Below, piece by piece: positions 38,116 to 48,977 of a stretch of DNA of 64,000 nt. The notes under the pieces were generated by a model that was given only the letters and a program-made list of their open reading frames with translations, had not been told where the DNA came from and made no database searches. The position numbers and the translations under genes were made by a program. How positions within the stretch are numbered: the first letter of the stretch is position 1; each line of letters begins with the position of its first letter. Location of the stretch: NCBI GenBank assembly GCA_902557965.1, contig CACECK010000003.1:13326-77325 (forward strand), in the 5' to 3' direction. Origin of the DNA: an uncultured SAR86 cluster bacterium (lineage in GTDB: Bacteria; Pseudomonadota; Gammaproteobacteria; Magnimaribacterales; D2472).

Positions 38116-38880
38116 ATAACCATCTTTTATTAAAGATTCTGGATTTATTCTTACTTTTTCGTAATAGACCGTCCAATGAAGATGCGGACCAGTAACTCTT
38201 CCTGTTGAACCCACTTCACCAATTTTTTGACCTTTATTTAAAATATCACCCTCACTAACAGAAACAGAAGAGAGATGGCTATAAGAGCTAATCAAGCCTC
38301 GTCCATGATCAATAACTATAAAATTTCCTGAATAAAAAAAATTACCTATTAATATTATCTTTCCATCTTCGGGAGCAAATACTGTTGTTCCTTCTGGAGC
38401 TGCAATATCAAGCGCTAAATGAGGAGAGCGGGGAGAGTCATTAATAAATCTTTTCTTACCATATCTGCTTGAAATTATTCCTTGCACTGGATTTATAAAA
38501 TCAAACTTTGGCATCATTTCTTTTGAATAAGACTGAAGAGCTTTCTTAATGATTGATGATTCTTTTATAGTTCTTTCTCTGTCCTGATCGCTAAGGTTTA
38601 CAAGGGCATTATTCGTTATAGTTATTCTAGATTCACCAAAATCTTTTTTTTGAATGAATATCCTTGAATTGTTGAATTCAACATATTCCCCTTGTTTTAA
38701 ATATGAGAGGGGTACTAATTTATAAAAGCTATCATTTATTTTTATAAAACTAGTTGTTTCATCAAAATTATTAATATCCACTTTTATAGCGAATAGCTCT
38801 CCAGGCTGTCCAATATTCTCAGATAAAAGATTCAAGCTTAAAGAAAATAATATGATGTATTTAAAAAAATAATTATTCAT
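38098..38880 (-). CDS. M23 metallopeptidase
   Basis: HLALD, YSHL, TGRVTGPHLHW; start moved to ATG 38880. Confidence 0.92.
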   Translation of the reverse strand: MNNYFFKYIILFSLSLNLLSENIGQPGELFAIKVDINNFDETTSFIKINDSFYKLVPLSYLKQGEYVEFNNSRIFIQKKDFGESRITITNNALVNLSDQDRERTIKESSIIKKALQSYSKEMMPKFDFINPVQGIISSRYGKKRFINDSPRSPHLALDIAAPEGTTVFAPEDGKIILIGNFFYSGNFIVIDHGRGLISSYSHLSSVSVSEGDILNKGQKIGEVGSTGRVTGPHLHWTVYYEKVRINPESLIKDGYLKTLL

Positions 38881-40237
38881 TTTTATTTTTAACATCAACT
38901 TCAAGAGTCCCTTTGCTGAGCCTTGCTTTTAAGAGCTCTCCTCTTGATACCTCTTTAGAGCTTTTTATTGCTTTGCCGCTATCATTTGTCACAATGGCAT
39001 AACCTCTATCTAATATAGACAATGGATTTAGAATATCTAAATTCTTATTTAACTCAATAAGTTGATTATTAAAAAGTTTAAATTTTGTAGAGATTATTTT
39101 TTTTAGGACATCATTAAACACAACAACTTGTTTATTTAAATCTATTAATTTTTTTTCAGGACTAAAGCTATTTATGCCTTTTGATAAAAGATTAATAGCA
39201 TTTTTGTAGTTAGCTATTATAAGTTTCTGATTTTGATGAAGCCGTAAATCAACGTTATCGATGCTTTGGGAAATTTCTCTTAATTTTGTTAAAGGGTTTT
39301 TAAGTTTAGCTTTTTTATTATCGATGTGTAGTTTCAGATTTTCAATCTTTTGTAATATATTTCGTTCTAAATTGAGTTCAATCTCACTAAATCTATCTTG
39401 TAATTGAAAATTAAATTCTGTGATTAATTCTGCAGCTGCTGTTGGAGTTGGTACTCTGATATCTGAAACAAAATCACAAATTGTGAAATCTATTTCATGC
39501 CCAACACCTGAAATGGTAGGAATGGGAAAATTAAATATTTCTCTTGCTAGCTCTTCATTATTAAAGCACCACAAATCTTCTATAGAACCACCACCTCTTG
39601 CAAACACCACAAGATCAACAGGGTTTGATTCATTTTTTTTATTAAAATCTATTATTCGTTCCATAGCCTTTAATATTGACACATGCGCATTATCGCCTTG
39701 AACTGTTGCTTCACTAACTAAAATCTTTGTTGAAGGTGCTCTTCTATTAACTGTTGAAATAATATCTTGGAAAGCAGCAGTCGACAGTGATGTAATAATT
39801 CCAATATGTTTTGGTGACTCAGGTATATCAACTTTTTTATCACGATTAAAAAGACCTTCGCTATCAAGTTTTTTCTTAAGAGCTTCAAACTGCTGCATCA
39901 AGTTTCCTTCTCCCGCAGGCTTAATGCTTTTTACAATTAATTGATAGTCGCCTCTTGGAGCGTAAAGGCTGACTTGTCCTTTGAGCACGCATTTGTCTCC
40001 ATTATCTGGAGAAAAATTTAATTTAAGGTTTTGATTTTTAAACATGGCGCATCTAATAGCACCATCTTCATCTTTAAGAGTGAAATAGATATGCCCAGAG
40101 CTAGGCCTGGCTAAATTTGAAATCTCACCTATTACAGAAATGTTTTGAAAATTATTTTCTAGCAAATACTTTGCAGATTTATTTAATTCTCCTACTGAGA
40201 TTATTTCCTCATTCTGTCTTACAATGTCATTTTGCAT
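38873..40237 (-). CDS. xseA: Exodeoxyribonuclease VII large subunit
   Basis: GEISN, SGHIYFTLKD, ARGGGSIEDLW, GVGHEIDFT, PTPTAAAE, ILDRGYA. Confidence 0.97.
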   Translation of the reverse strand: MQNDIVRQNEEIISVGELNKSAKYLLENNFQNISVIGEISNLARPSSGHIYFTLKDEDGAIRCAMFKNQNLKLNFSPDNGDKCVLKGQVSLYAPRGDYQLIVKSIKPAGEGNLMQQFEALKKKLDSEGLFNRDKKVDIPESPKHIGIITSLSTAAFQDIISTVNRRAPSTKILVSEATVQGDNAHVSILKAMERIIDFNKKNESNPVDLVVFARGGGSIEDLWCFNNEELAREIFNFPIPTISGVGHEIDFTICDFVSDIRVPTPTAAAELITEFNFQLQDRFSEIELNLERNILQKIENLKLHIDNKKAKLKNPLTKLREISQSIDNVDLRLHQNQKLIIANYKNAINLLSKGINSFSPEKKLIDLNKQVVVFNDVLKKIISTKFKLFNNQLIELNKNLDILNPLSILDRGYAIVTNDSGKAIKSSKEVSRGELLKARLSKGTLEVDVKNKNE

Positions 40238-40254
40238 CTATAAAGTATAACTTT

Positions 40255-41154
40255 ATGAAAACTAATTTTCACCGGACTAATTATTTTCTTATTCTTTCAC
40301 TAGGTGCAACCTTAATTGGCTTTGCACCAATATTTGTGAAATGGAGTTCGTTAACTCCATCTGCTATATCTTTTTATAGGATGTTTCTTGCAATTCCTTT
40401 CTTGTTTATTTTGAACTACAGCTTAAACAAAAGACTTCTTTTTAAAGTTAAAAATAAAAAAACTATATTCTATTCAGCATTAGCCTCTCTTGCATTCACA
40501 ACAGACCTGACGTTGTGGCATTTTAGTATGGATATAACTTCAGTTTCTAATGCAACAATCATTGTGAATTCAGCACCTATATTTGTTGCAATTCTTGCTT
40601 ATATTATTTTTAAAGAAAAGCCATCAAAAGGCTTTGCAATTTCCTTCTTCATTACGTATTTTGGTATTGTTGGACTAGTTTATTTTTCAAATAATTATAT
40701 AAATGGAAAAATTTTAGGTGACATATTGTGTCTCATTGCAGCTCTCTTTTATGGAATTTATCTATTAATTATTTCAAAGCTGGGTAATGAAGACTCATTA
40801 AATATAATTTTCTACACAACGCTTTTTTGTTGTATCTTTTCAACAATACCTATGTTGATTCAGGGCGGAAATTTCATACCCAACTCATCATTTGAATGGA
40901 TAAATTTATTTTCGCTAGCAATTTTATGCCAACTTGGCGGCCAGTATTTTATTACACATGGAATTGGAAAAATCCCAGCATCTGATGGTTCAATTGGACT
41001 TCTCATGCAGCCACTTACAGCGACAATTCTTGCAATCTTTTTGTTTCAAGAAGTTCTAAATATTATGCAAATGGTCTTTGTGATATTAACAATGTTTGGC
41101 ATATATTTAGCAAGATTAAATATTGCAGATTCTGACATCAAACAAAGCCAATAA
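40255..41154 (+). CDS. DMT/EamA-family transporter
   Basis: 10-TM pattern, APIFVK, TSVSNAT, QPL; start moved to ATG 40255. Confidence 0.9.
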   Translation: MKTNFHRTNYFLILSLGATLIGFAPIFVKWSSLTPSAISFYRMFLAIPFLFILNYSLNKRLLFKVKNKKTIFYSALASLAFTTDLTLWHFSMDITSVSNATIIVNSAPIFVAILAYIIFKEKPSKGFAISFFITYFGIVGLVYFSNNYINGKILGDILCLIAALFYGIYLLIISKLGNEDSLNIIFYTTLFCCIFSTIPMLIQGGNFIPNSSFEWINLFSLAILCQLGGQYFITHGIGKIPASDGSIGLLMQPLTATILAIFLFQEVLNIMQMVFVILTMFGIYLARLNIADSDIKQSQ

Positions 41155-41216
41155 ACCATATTATTTTTTTTCTAATAATAGTATTATTAGCAACCTTAAT
41201 TAATTATTAAGGAAAT

Positions 41217-41293
41217 GGGTGATTAGCTCAGTTTGGTAGAGCATCTCGTTTACACCGAGAGGGTCGGCAGTTCGAACCTGTCATCACCCACCA
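41217..41293 (+). tRNA. tRNA-Val(TAC)
   Basis: GGGTGAT/ATCACCC acceptor, TCTCG-TT-TAC-AC-CGAGA, CCA. Confidence 0.97.
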
Positions 41294-41341
41294 TTAGGTT
41301 GCAGTTTTTTAAATAATATATATATTAAGCAATCTAAAAGT

Positions 41342-41416
41342 GGTCCGGTAGTTAAACGGTTATAATTCCGCCCTGTCACGGCGGCGTTCGGGGTTCGATT
41401 CCCCGTCGGACCGCCA
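41342..41416 (+). tRNA. tRNA-Asp(GTC)
   Basis: GGTCCGG/TCGGACC acceptor, CCGCC-CT-GTC-AC-GGCGG, CCA. Confidence 0.96.
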
Positions 41417-41427
41417 TTTTATTTTTT

Positions 41428-41835
41428 ATGAATACAATGATTTTAAGTCTATTAATACTTTGCTACTCATTAGTACTAGGTATTATTTTTGCTCAAGTTT
41501 TGCTTACTGCTCCAGTGGTTTTTAAAGTTTTAGATAATCAAAATGCATCTAATTTCTTAAGAAAAATCTTCCCAAGATATTATTTATTAATCTTATTAAT
41601 TGCATTAGTAGCCTTATTGATCAGTTATCTTTTCTTTAAGATTGCAGATGTTTATTTTGCTCTTACCGCTGTTGCATTTGCGTTTATTGGGTATGTCATC
41701 ATACCCTTAACAAATATTGCTAGAGACAGGGGTTGGGAAAGGTTATTTAATTTTTTTCATAATTTAAGTGTATTTAACACGATTGTAATTTTTATAGTCT
41801 CGATAGTTCAAATAGTAAGAGTCACATATCTATAA
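41428..41835 (+). CDS. DUF4149-like membrane protein
   Basis: APVVFKVL...ASNFLRKIFPRYY...FNFFHNLSV. Confidence 0.8.
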   Translation: MNTMILSLLILCYSLVLGIIFAQVLLTAPVVFKVLDNQNASNFLRKIFPRYYLLILLIALVALLISYLFFKIADVYFALTAVAFAFIGYVIIPLTNIARDRGWERLFNFFHNLSVFNTIVIFIVSIVQIVRVTYL

Positions 41836-41898
41836 ACCTAATTAACACTTGAATTTTCTTTATTAAATATTATTTAAAGAACATTAGAGAGGATTAAC

Positions 41899-43725
41899 AT
41901 GGCAAGATCAAAAACTAAATCGTTTCAGACAGAAACAAAGCAGCTTTTAAAGCTAATGATTCATTCACTTTATTCTAATAAAGAAATTTTCATTAGAGAA
42001 CTTGTATCTAATGCATCAGATGCAATAGATAAACTTAGATTTAAATCTGTAGAAGATAAATCTATTGCTAAATATACCAAGGATCTAAAGATTGACGTTC
42101 ACGTCCTTAAAGAAGAAAACAAGATTATTATTTCTGATAATGGTATAGGAATGAATGAAGATGAAATAGTTTCAAATATTGGAACAATTGCAAGATCGGG
42201 CACAGCATCATTTCTAGAAAACATTACAGGCGATAAGAAAAAAGACTCTAATTTAATTGGTCAGTTTGGTGTTGGTTTCTATTCAGTGTTCATGGTGGCA
42301 GATAAAGTTCAAGTTATTTCAAAATCTGTATTCGAAAAATCTGACTCAGCTATCATGTGGGAAAGCTCTGGTGAAGAAAAATATAAACTTTCTGAAGTTA
42401 CAAAAGATTCAAATGGTACTGATATTGTTATCTATTTAAATGAAGATAATAAAGAGTTCGCTGAAGAGAGTAGAATCAGATTTTTACTTGAAAAGTATTC
42501 ACAATATATTAATTTCCCCCTAAATTTAATCGGTGAAGATGCTAATTCAAAAAGAATAAATGATGCTGATGCTCTATGGCTAAAGTCTAAAAGATCAATC
42601 AAAGATGATGAGTATAAAGAATTTTATAAATTTATTACCTATGATCAGGAAGACCCTTTACTATGGGCTCATAATAAAGTTGAGGGCAAGAATGAATATA
42701 CAAATTTGTTATACATACCCTCAAAACCACCTTTTGATCTTTGGAACCGTGAATCTCCAAGGGGAGTAAAACTTTATATTCAGAGGGTGTTTATTATGGA
42801 TGATGCCTCAAACTTCTTACCATTATATTTAAGATTTGTGAGAGGTATTATTGATACTAATGATTTGCCATTAAATGTTTCTCGAGAAATTCTTCAAGAG
42901 CACCATCTCGTTGATACTATTAAAAAAGCGGTAACAAAAAGAATTTTGGATTCTCTTAAAGCACTTAAAAAAGAATCTTTTGATAAATATAGGGACTTTT
43001 GGAATGAATATGGATTAGTTTTAAAAGAGGGGCCAGCAGAAGATAGAGAAAACAAGGATACAATAGCAAGCTTATTGTTATTTGCTTCAACATATGCAAA
43101 TAGCAAAGATTGTGATCAAACTCTTGATGACTATTTAGAACGAATGGGCAATGATCAGGATAAGATATATTACTGCGTAGCAGATACGTATGAAGCAGCA
43201 GCTAATTCACCACATATAGAGGGCTTAAAATCCAAAGGAATAGAAGTTCTGCTCTTAACAGATAGAATTGATGAGTGGGTTATGGCTGGATTAATGGAGT
43301 ACCAAGGCAAAGAGTTTATCAATGTAGCCAAAGAGGATATTGCTGATGAAGATGAAACAAAAAAAGTTTCAGAAGGAGATCAGGAAATTATTTCTAAAAT
43401 CCAGAAGCATTTAGATGAAAAAGTTTCTGATGTAATAATTAGCAAACGCTTAACAGATTCTGCTTCCTGTATTGTCTTACCTAAGCATGAGCCTGGAGCT
43501 CAGTTAAGAAAGATACTTGAAGCCTCAGGTCAAACATTGGGATCATCTAATCCAATTTTTGAAATTAATATGAAACATAAATTAGTTAAAAAGCTTAAAG
43601 ATATGAAAGGCAAGCAATTTAATTCATTTGTAGACTTTCTTTATGATTATGCTGTCATAGCTGAGGGTGGATCACCTCAAGATCCATCAAAATATTTGAG
43701 GCAGCTAGATAAGTATCTATCTTAG
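41899..43725 (+). CDS. htpG: Chaperone HtpG (Hsp90)
   Basis: LYSNKEIFIRELVSNASDA, GQFGVGFYS, LPLNVSREILQ. Confidence 0.98.
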   Translation: MARSKTKSFQTETKQLLKLMIHSLYSNKEIFIRELVSNASDAIDKLRFKSVEDKSIAKYTKDLKIDVHVLKEENKIIISDNGIGMNEDEIVSNIGTIARSGTASFLENITGDKKKDSNLIGQFGVGFYSVFMVADKVQVISKSVFEKSDSAIMWESSGEEKYKLSEVTKDSNGTDIVIYLNEDNKEFAEESRIRFLLEKYSQYINFPLNLIGEDANSKRINDADALWLKSKRSIKDDEYKEFYKFITYDQEDPLLWAHNKVEGKNEYTNLLYIPSKPPFDLWNRESPRGVKLYIQRVFIMDDASNFLPLYLRFVRGIIDTNDLPLNVSREILQEHHLVDTIKKAVTKRILDSLKALKKESFDKYRDFWNEYGLVLKEGPAEDRENKDTIASLLLFASTYANSKDCDQTLDDYLERMGNDQDKIYYCVADTYEAAANSPHIEGLKSKGIEVLLLTDRIDEWVMAGLMEYQGKEFINVAKEDIADEDETKKVSEGDQEIISKIQKHLDEKVSDVIISKRLTDSASCIVLPKHEPGAQLRKILEASGQTLGSSNPIFEINMKHKLVKKLKDMKGKQFNSFVDFLYDYAVIAEGGSPQDPSKYLRQLDKYLS

Positions 43726-43727
43726 CT

Positions 43728-44748
43728 ATGAGTGCAACAAAAAAAATTGCAGTTTTAGGTGGCGGTAGCTTTGGAACTGTTCTTGCCAATATAGCAGCAT
43801 CAAATGGTTATAATGTTTCATTATGGGTTAGAGATTCAGACCAGGCTTTGAGAATTAATTCTGAAGGAGCAAATACTACATACCATCCTGAGCTCCAGTT
43901 ATCATCAAATATCGAGGCCTCAGAAAAGTTAGAGTCAGTGATTAAGAATGCAAATATAGTCCTCATAGCAACACCAAGTTTAATATTTGAAAATATAGTA
44001 AAGAGAATTACACCCATAATAGAAGATGGAGCTCATATTATTTCTTGCACTAAAGGCATTAAATTAGATCCTTTTCGATCAATGTCCGACATTATTAAAA
44101 TAAACATTAATTCTTCAAAAAATAGTGTAGGAGTATTAAGTGGTCCAAATCTTGCTAAAGAGATTGCTGAAGAAAAAGTAACCGGCACAGTAATAGCAAG
44201 TAGCGATGAATTATTAATTAATGATGTAAAAGAAACACTCTCATCAGATACATTTAAGATATATTCTTCAGATGACATTCAAGGCGTTGAGCTAGCAGGA
44301 GCACTTAAAAAACATATATGCAATCATTTGTGGTATTGCTGAATCTTTGAAAGTTGGTGAAAATGCTGTTGGATTGATTCTTACAAGAAGCATGGCTGAA
44401 ATGAGCAGATTTGCAGTAGCAAAGGGAGCTAATCCTATAACTTTTCTTGGACTTGCCGGGATGGGTGATTTGGTAGCAACCTGCACCTCTAATTTATCAA
44501 GAAATTTTCAACTTGGAATGCATTTAGGAAATGGCTTAAAGCTAGATGAAGCAAAATTAAAAGTTGGCCAAGTTGCTGAAGGAATAAGAACGCTAGAGGT
44601 TATAAAAACAGAATCTGCTAGATTGAATATAAGCATGCCATTAGTAGATTCTTTGTATAATATTGTCTTTAATGACGCATCATCAAAAACATTTATTGAC
44701 GATCTTGTTAATAATCCGCATGAAGTTGATGTAGAATTCACTTACTAG
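43728..44748 (+). pseudogene. gpsA: NAD(P)H-dependent glycerol-3-phosphate dehydrogenase, split by a 1-nt insertion (real lesion or sequencing error)
   Basis: GGGSFG, SGPN, GVELAGALK then frame jump; removing one A from A6 (44307-44312) restores KNIYAI...GLAGMGDLVATC..LSRN, 339 aa. Confidence 0.85.
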
Positions 44749-44758
44749 GATAAAAATT

Positions 44759-45124
44759 ATGACTCAAATAGAAATAGATAAAGAAGAAATTTTAAAAGGA
44801 AGCAAGTGGATAAGATTCTTATTCATGATTCTCTATGGTTTTGTAATTAATTTTGTCCTTACTATATGTATAGGGTTAGCTGTAGTTCAATTTCTATTTT
44901 ATTTATTTACTTCAAAGCCAAATGCATCGATAGCAAATTTTAATTCATATCTTTTAGAGTTTTTTCATGATTCTTTAGCATTTTTGTTATTTCAAACTGA
45001 AGATAAACCGTTTCCTTTCAAAGATAGTGAAAATGATGATGCCAACAATGAAGTAGAAGGTGAGGTGATAGAAGAGGAATTAGAGACTAAGCCTTCTGAA
45101 GTAACAGAAGAAGTAAAAGAGTAG
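44759..45124 (+). CDS. DUF4389-family membrane protein
   Basis: WIRFLFM, VVQF, PN, FL.F.TEDKPFPF. Confidence 0.85.
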   Translation: MTQIEIDKEEILKGSKWIRFLFMILYGFVINFVLTICIGLAVVQFLFYLFTSKPNASIANFNSYLLEFFHDSLAFLLFQTEDKPFPFKDSENDDANNEVEGEVIEEELETKPSEVTEEVKE

Positions 45125-45967
45125 TTAACTAGTTAATAATTTTTTTGCAGACTGCATAGTATGCAGAATTAATGTATTAATAGTCATTGGGCCAACTCCA
45201 CCAGGAACTGGAGTGTAAGCAGAAGATATCTCATCCATTTGATCTAAATCAATATCACCACATTTTTCAGGATGGAAGCCTGCATCTATGACTACAGCAC
45301 CTTTTTTAATCCAATCTGTCTTAATAAACTTAGGTATTCCTACTGCTCCAACAATAAGGTCTGCATTTTTAATTATGGTTTCAATATTTTGGGTTCTTGA
45401 ATGACATATAGTTACAGTTGCATTTAAATTTAGCAGCATCATAGCCATTGGTTTACCCAAGATAGGACTCCTTCCTACAACAACTGCATTTAAACCTTGA
45501 ACCTCAATCTCATAATGTTTAATTAACCTTATAATTCCTGCAGGCGTACATGAGCCATAAGCATCAATACCCATGGACATATTTCCAAAGCCTAAACATG
45601 TTACTCCATCTACATCTTTTTCAATATCGATTGCATCAAAACATTTTCTTTCATCAATTTGAGATGGAACAGGATGTTGTAATAAAATTCCATGGACGCT
45701 TGGATTGTTATTTAAATCATTGATAATCGCTAGCAGCTCTTCTGTAGTTGTGGATTCTGAAAGCTCAACAGCTATTGACTCCATTCCAACCTTTTTACAA
45801 GTATTTCTTTTCATTCGAACATATGTTTCTGAAGCTGGGTCATTACCAACAAGAATAGTGGCTAGAGTAGGATTTATACCTTTTGATACAAGTTCTGAAA
45901 CCTCTGCTTTAATCTCTTCCTCGCTAAGAGAAGCTAATTTTTTACCATCTAAAATTTTTGCTGACAT
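45125..45967 (-). CDS. folD: Methylenetetrahydrofolate dehydrogenase/cyclohydrolase
   Basis: [35 protein letters not shown]. Confidence 0.97.
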   Translation of the reverse strand: MSAKILDGKKLASLSEEEIKAEVSELVSKGINPTLATILVGNDPASETYVRMKRNTCKKVGMESIAVELSESTTTEELLAIINDLNNNPSVHGILLQHPVPSQIDERKCFDAIDIEKDVDGVTCLGFGNMSMGIDAYGSCTPAGIIRLIKHYEIEVQGLNAVVVGRSPILGKPMAMMLLNLNATVTICHSRTQNIETIIKNADLIVGAVGIPKFIKTDWIKKGAVVIDAGFHPEKCGDIDLDQMDEISSAYTPVPGGVGPMTINTLILHTMQSAKKLLTS

Positions 45968-46046
45968 AGAATTATTATCGCATTTATGTATATTTATTAA
46001 TATGATGATTGCTTATTTATTATATTAACTTTAATATTTGCATCCT

Positions 46047-46123
46047 CGGGGTATAGCGCAGTCTGGTAGCGCACTCGCTTTGGGAGCGAGTGGTCGTAAG
46101 TTCGAATCTTACTACCCCGACCA
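46047..46123 (+). tRNA. tRNA-Pro(TGG)
   Basis: CGGGGTA/TACCCCG acceptor, CTCGC-TT-TGG-GA-GCGAG, CCA. Confidence 0.97.
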
Positions 46124-46126
46124 AAT

Positions 46127-46203
<77 letters not shown>

Positions 46204-46224
46204 TTTTTTTTATATAATCCTATT

Positions 46225-48042
46225 ATGTATCTAAGTCTATTAAGCACCATAATTTGTTTCTTCTTATTGACTGGTTTTTTTAATATGAAATTTAAAAAAA
46301 TTGGATATGCAGTAACATTTTTTTTCTATCTGAACCTAATATTTTTAATCACATATATTTTTATGGATTATTTATCAGGCGATGGGATAAATGATGCAAT
46401 ATTATTTCATATTAAATTTGGTATAAAAGGGTTTGGAATAAATGAATATATTCTTCCATTCACCTTACTTATTTTTGTAAACATCCTTTTAGTATTTTCT
46501 TCTAAAAATTTTGTAAGAAATTTATTCAGTAGCCCGAATCAATTAAATAAAAGAAAAGCTATTTCATTATTTTTTCTATCAACAGCATTTATTTTCAATC
46601 CTTTTTACAAAGATGTATATATTTTGTTTAACGAAGGTAAATCAAAAATAAAGATTGACGATAACTATTTTTATGAACAAGAAATTATTACTAATAAAAG
46701 TAAAAAAAATATTATTTTTTTATATTTAGAGCAGATTGAAAGAACCTACCTAGACGATGATATTTTTCCAAATCTCACTCCAAATTTAAAAAAACTAGAA
46801 AAAGAATCTGTAAGCTTTACAAATATTGATGCACCAAGAGCTACCAACTGGACAATAGCTGGCATGGCAGCATCCCAATGCGGAATCCCTTTACTAACTC
46901 CAATCGCTAGTGAAAACTCAATGTCAGGCGTAGATCAATTTATTCCTTTAGCAAACTGTATAGGAGATATTTTAAAAAATGATAACTATGAATTGCATTA
47001 TGTAGGTGGATCAGATTTGGATTTTGCTGGTAAGGGTAATTTTTATAGGTCTCATGGTTTTGATTATGTAGAAGGTTGGTACGAGCTTGAAGATTTTTTA
47101 AATGACAAGAATTATAGATCTCCATGGGGGGTCTATGATGATGAACTTCTCAGTATCGTTTTGAAAAGAATAGAAAAATTACATGAAAAAAATATTAATT
47201 TTGGTATGTTTTCCTTAACACTAGATACTCATCATCCAAACGGATATATTTCAGAATCATGTAAAAGCAATAAATACCTTGATGGAGAAAATCCAATTCT
47301 TAATTCAGTTCATTGCGTTGATGAACTTATTGGTAAATTTGTAGAGACATTTAAAAGTTCAAGTATTTATGATAATACTATTCTTGTATTGCTATCAGAC
47401 CATCTTGCTCTCAAAAACACAGCATCAAATATGCTTAATCAAAGCAATAGAAAAAACTTATTTATGATTTTTGATAAAAATTCAAAACCACAATCTATTG
47501 ATGCAATTGGTAATACGTTTGATATAGGTCCAACAGTAATGGGCTTTATGGGTTTAAATACTGATGGATTAGCCCTTGGAAGGAATTTAATTACTAATGA
47601 CAGCTTGTCTTTATCTAGTGATATAGATTTTGTTATTTCTTCAAATAAAAGAAAAATATTAGATTTGTGGTCATTTCCAGAAATAAAGAATGGATTTCAA
47701 GTATTAGATGATCAATCTAAAATATTATTTGGTGAGAGATTTATAAAATATCCAGCACTTATTGTTTTAGACTCGATTAATGAAGTTGACCAAATAATGT
47801 TTGATTTTTACTATGCAAATCCTTTAAAAAATAAAGTAAGCGCTTTAGATAAAAGTTTAAACTATATATGGATAGATAAATGTTTAAAAATAATGGAACA
47901 TAAGAAAATTGATGAATATCAAGACTCAAATGATAATTGTTTATTATTACAAAATAACAAAAATATGACTTTCAATATTTTAAATGCGAACAATGAAAAT
48001 ATTAGCTCAGAACTTATAAAAGAATATTTTGAAAATGAATGA
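46225..48042 (+). CDS. opgB: Phosphoglycerol transferase I-like sulfatase-fold membrane enzyme (MdoB/OpgB)
   Basis: 4 N-terminal TM, YLEQIERTY, WTIAGMAASQCGIPL, FAGKG.F..SHG, TLDTHHP, LSDHL. Confidence 0.82.
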   Translation: MYLSLLSTIICFFLLTGFFNMKFKKIGYAVTFFFYLNLIFLITYIFMDYLSGDGINDAILFHIKFGIKGFGINEYILPFTLLIFVNILLVFSSKNFVRNLFSSPNQLNKRKAISLFFLSTAFIFNPFYKDVYILFNEGKSKIKIDDNYFYEQEIITNKSKKNIIFLYLEQIERTYLDDDIFPNLTPNLKKLEKESVSFTNIDAPRATNWTIAGMAASQCGIPLLTPIASENSMSGVDQFIPLANCIGDILKNDNYELHYVGGSDLDFAGKGNFYRSHGFDYVEGWYELEDFLNDKNYRSPWGVYDDELLSIVLKRIEKLHEKNINFGMFSLTLDTHHPNGYISESCKSNKYLDGENPILNSVHCVDELIGKFVETFKSSSIYDNTILVLLSDHLALKNTASNMLNQSNRKNLFMIFDKNSKPQSIDAIGNTFDIGPTVMGFMGLNTDGLALGRNLITNDSLSLSSDIDFVISSNKRKILDLWSFPEIKNGFQVLDDQSKILFGERFIKYPALIVLDSINEVDQIMFDFYYANPLKNKVSALDKSLNYIWIDKCLKIMEHKKIDEYQDSNDNCLLLQNNKNMTFNILNANNENISSELIKEYFENE

Positions 48043-48967
48043 AATAGTAGCGCTTTATAAATTTACAAATTTAAAAAAACCGCAACATATTCAGAAGGTT
48101 ATTAAAGCTAGATTAAAAGAGCTTAGTGTATATGGAACAATATTGATTGGTGAAGAGGGTATAAATGGAACAATATCTACTGATAATCCTGAAGCACTTT
48201 CTCAAGCAATAAGCTTTATTGAATCTATAAAAGGATTTAAAAATCTTGACTTGAAATTTTCTCAATCAACAAAAAAACCTTTTATAAGATTGAAAGTAAA
48301 GTTAAAAAAAGAAATTGTTACTATTGGAGATACGTCAATAAACCCTAATAAAGAAGTTGGTGAGTATGTTGATCCACAGGATTGGAATTCCTTAATATCG
48401 CAAAATGATACATTAGTAGTTGATACAAGAAATGACTACGAATGCTCAATAGGTTCCTTTAAAAACTCAATTAATCCTAAAACTAATAAATTTAGAGATT
48501 TTCCTGATTGGCTTGAACATCAAAAATTTACCGAAAAAGATAAAAAAAATAAAAAAATAGCAATGTTTTGTACAGGCGGAATTAGATGCGAAAAAGCCTC
48601 CTCTTTAATGAAAAAAAATGGATTTGAAAATGTATATCATTTAAAAGGAGGAATTCTAAAATATCTCGAAAATATTCCTGAAGAGGAATCTTTATGGTCT
48701 GGAGAATGTTTTGTTTTTGATGAAAGAGTTGCGGTCAATCATCAGTTAGATGAAGGGTCATATAAAATGTGTCATGGATGCAGAATGCCAATAACAGCAT
48801 CTGATATAAAATCATCGAAATATATTAGAGGAGTTGCGTGCCCTAAATGTTTTGATAAAACAACTAATAAACAAAAACTAAGATACACGAGTAGACAAGA
48901 GCAAATGGATTTAGCTAAAAAACGAAATGAAAAACACATAGGACCTAAAGAAGAAGTTTTTAATTAA
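48035..48967 (+). CDS. trhO: tRNA uridine(34) hydroxylase, rhodanese-related (YceA/UPF0176)
   Basis: EEGINGT, KLKKEIVT, DTRNDYE, FCTGGIRCEKA, GECFVFDER; start ATG 48035. Confidence 0.92.
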   Translation: MNEIVALYKFTNLKKPQHIQKVIKARLKELSVYGTILIGEEGINGTISTDNPEALSQAISFIESIKGFKNLDLKFSQSTKKPFIRLKVKLKKEIVTIGDTSINPNKEVGEYVDPQDWNSLISQNDTLVVDTRNDYECSIGSFKNSINPKTNKFRDFPDWLEHQKFTEKDKKNKKIAMFCTGGIRCEKASSLMKKNGFENVYHLKGGILKYLENIPEEESLWSGECFVFDERVAVNHQLDEGSYKMCHGCRMPITASDIKSSKYIRGVACPKCFDKTTNKQKLRYTSRQEQMDLAKKRNEKHIGPKEEVFN

Positions 48968-48977
48968 ATAAAATTTT

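Noticed and set aside
3261-41162. AACCATAT repeated in three intergenic regions (about 3262, 3908, 41154)
   Set aside because: An AT-rich 8-mer expected a few times by chance, at inconsistent distances from downstream starts.
41848-41875. sigma32 promoter for htpG
   Set aside because: CTTGAA -35 is present but there is no CCCCAT-like -10 at the right spacing; too weak to call.
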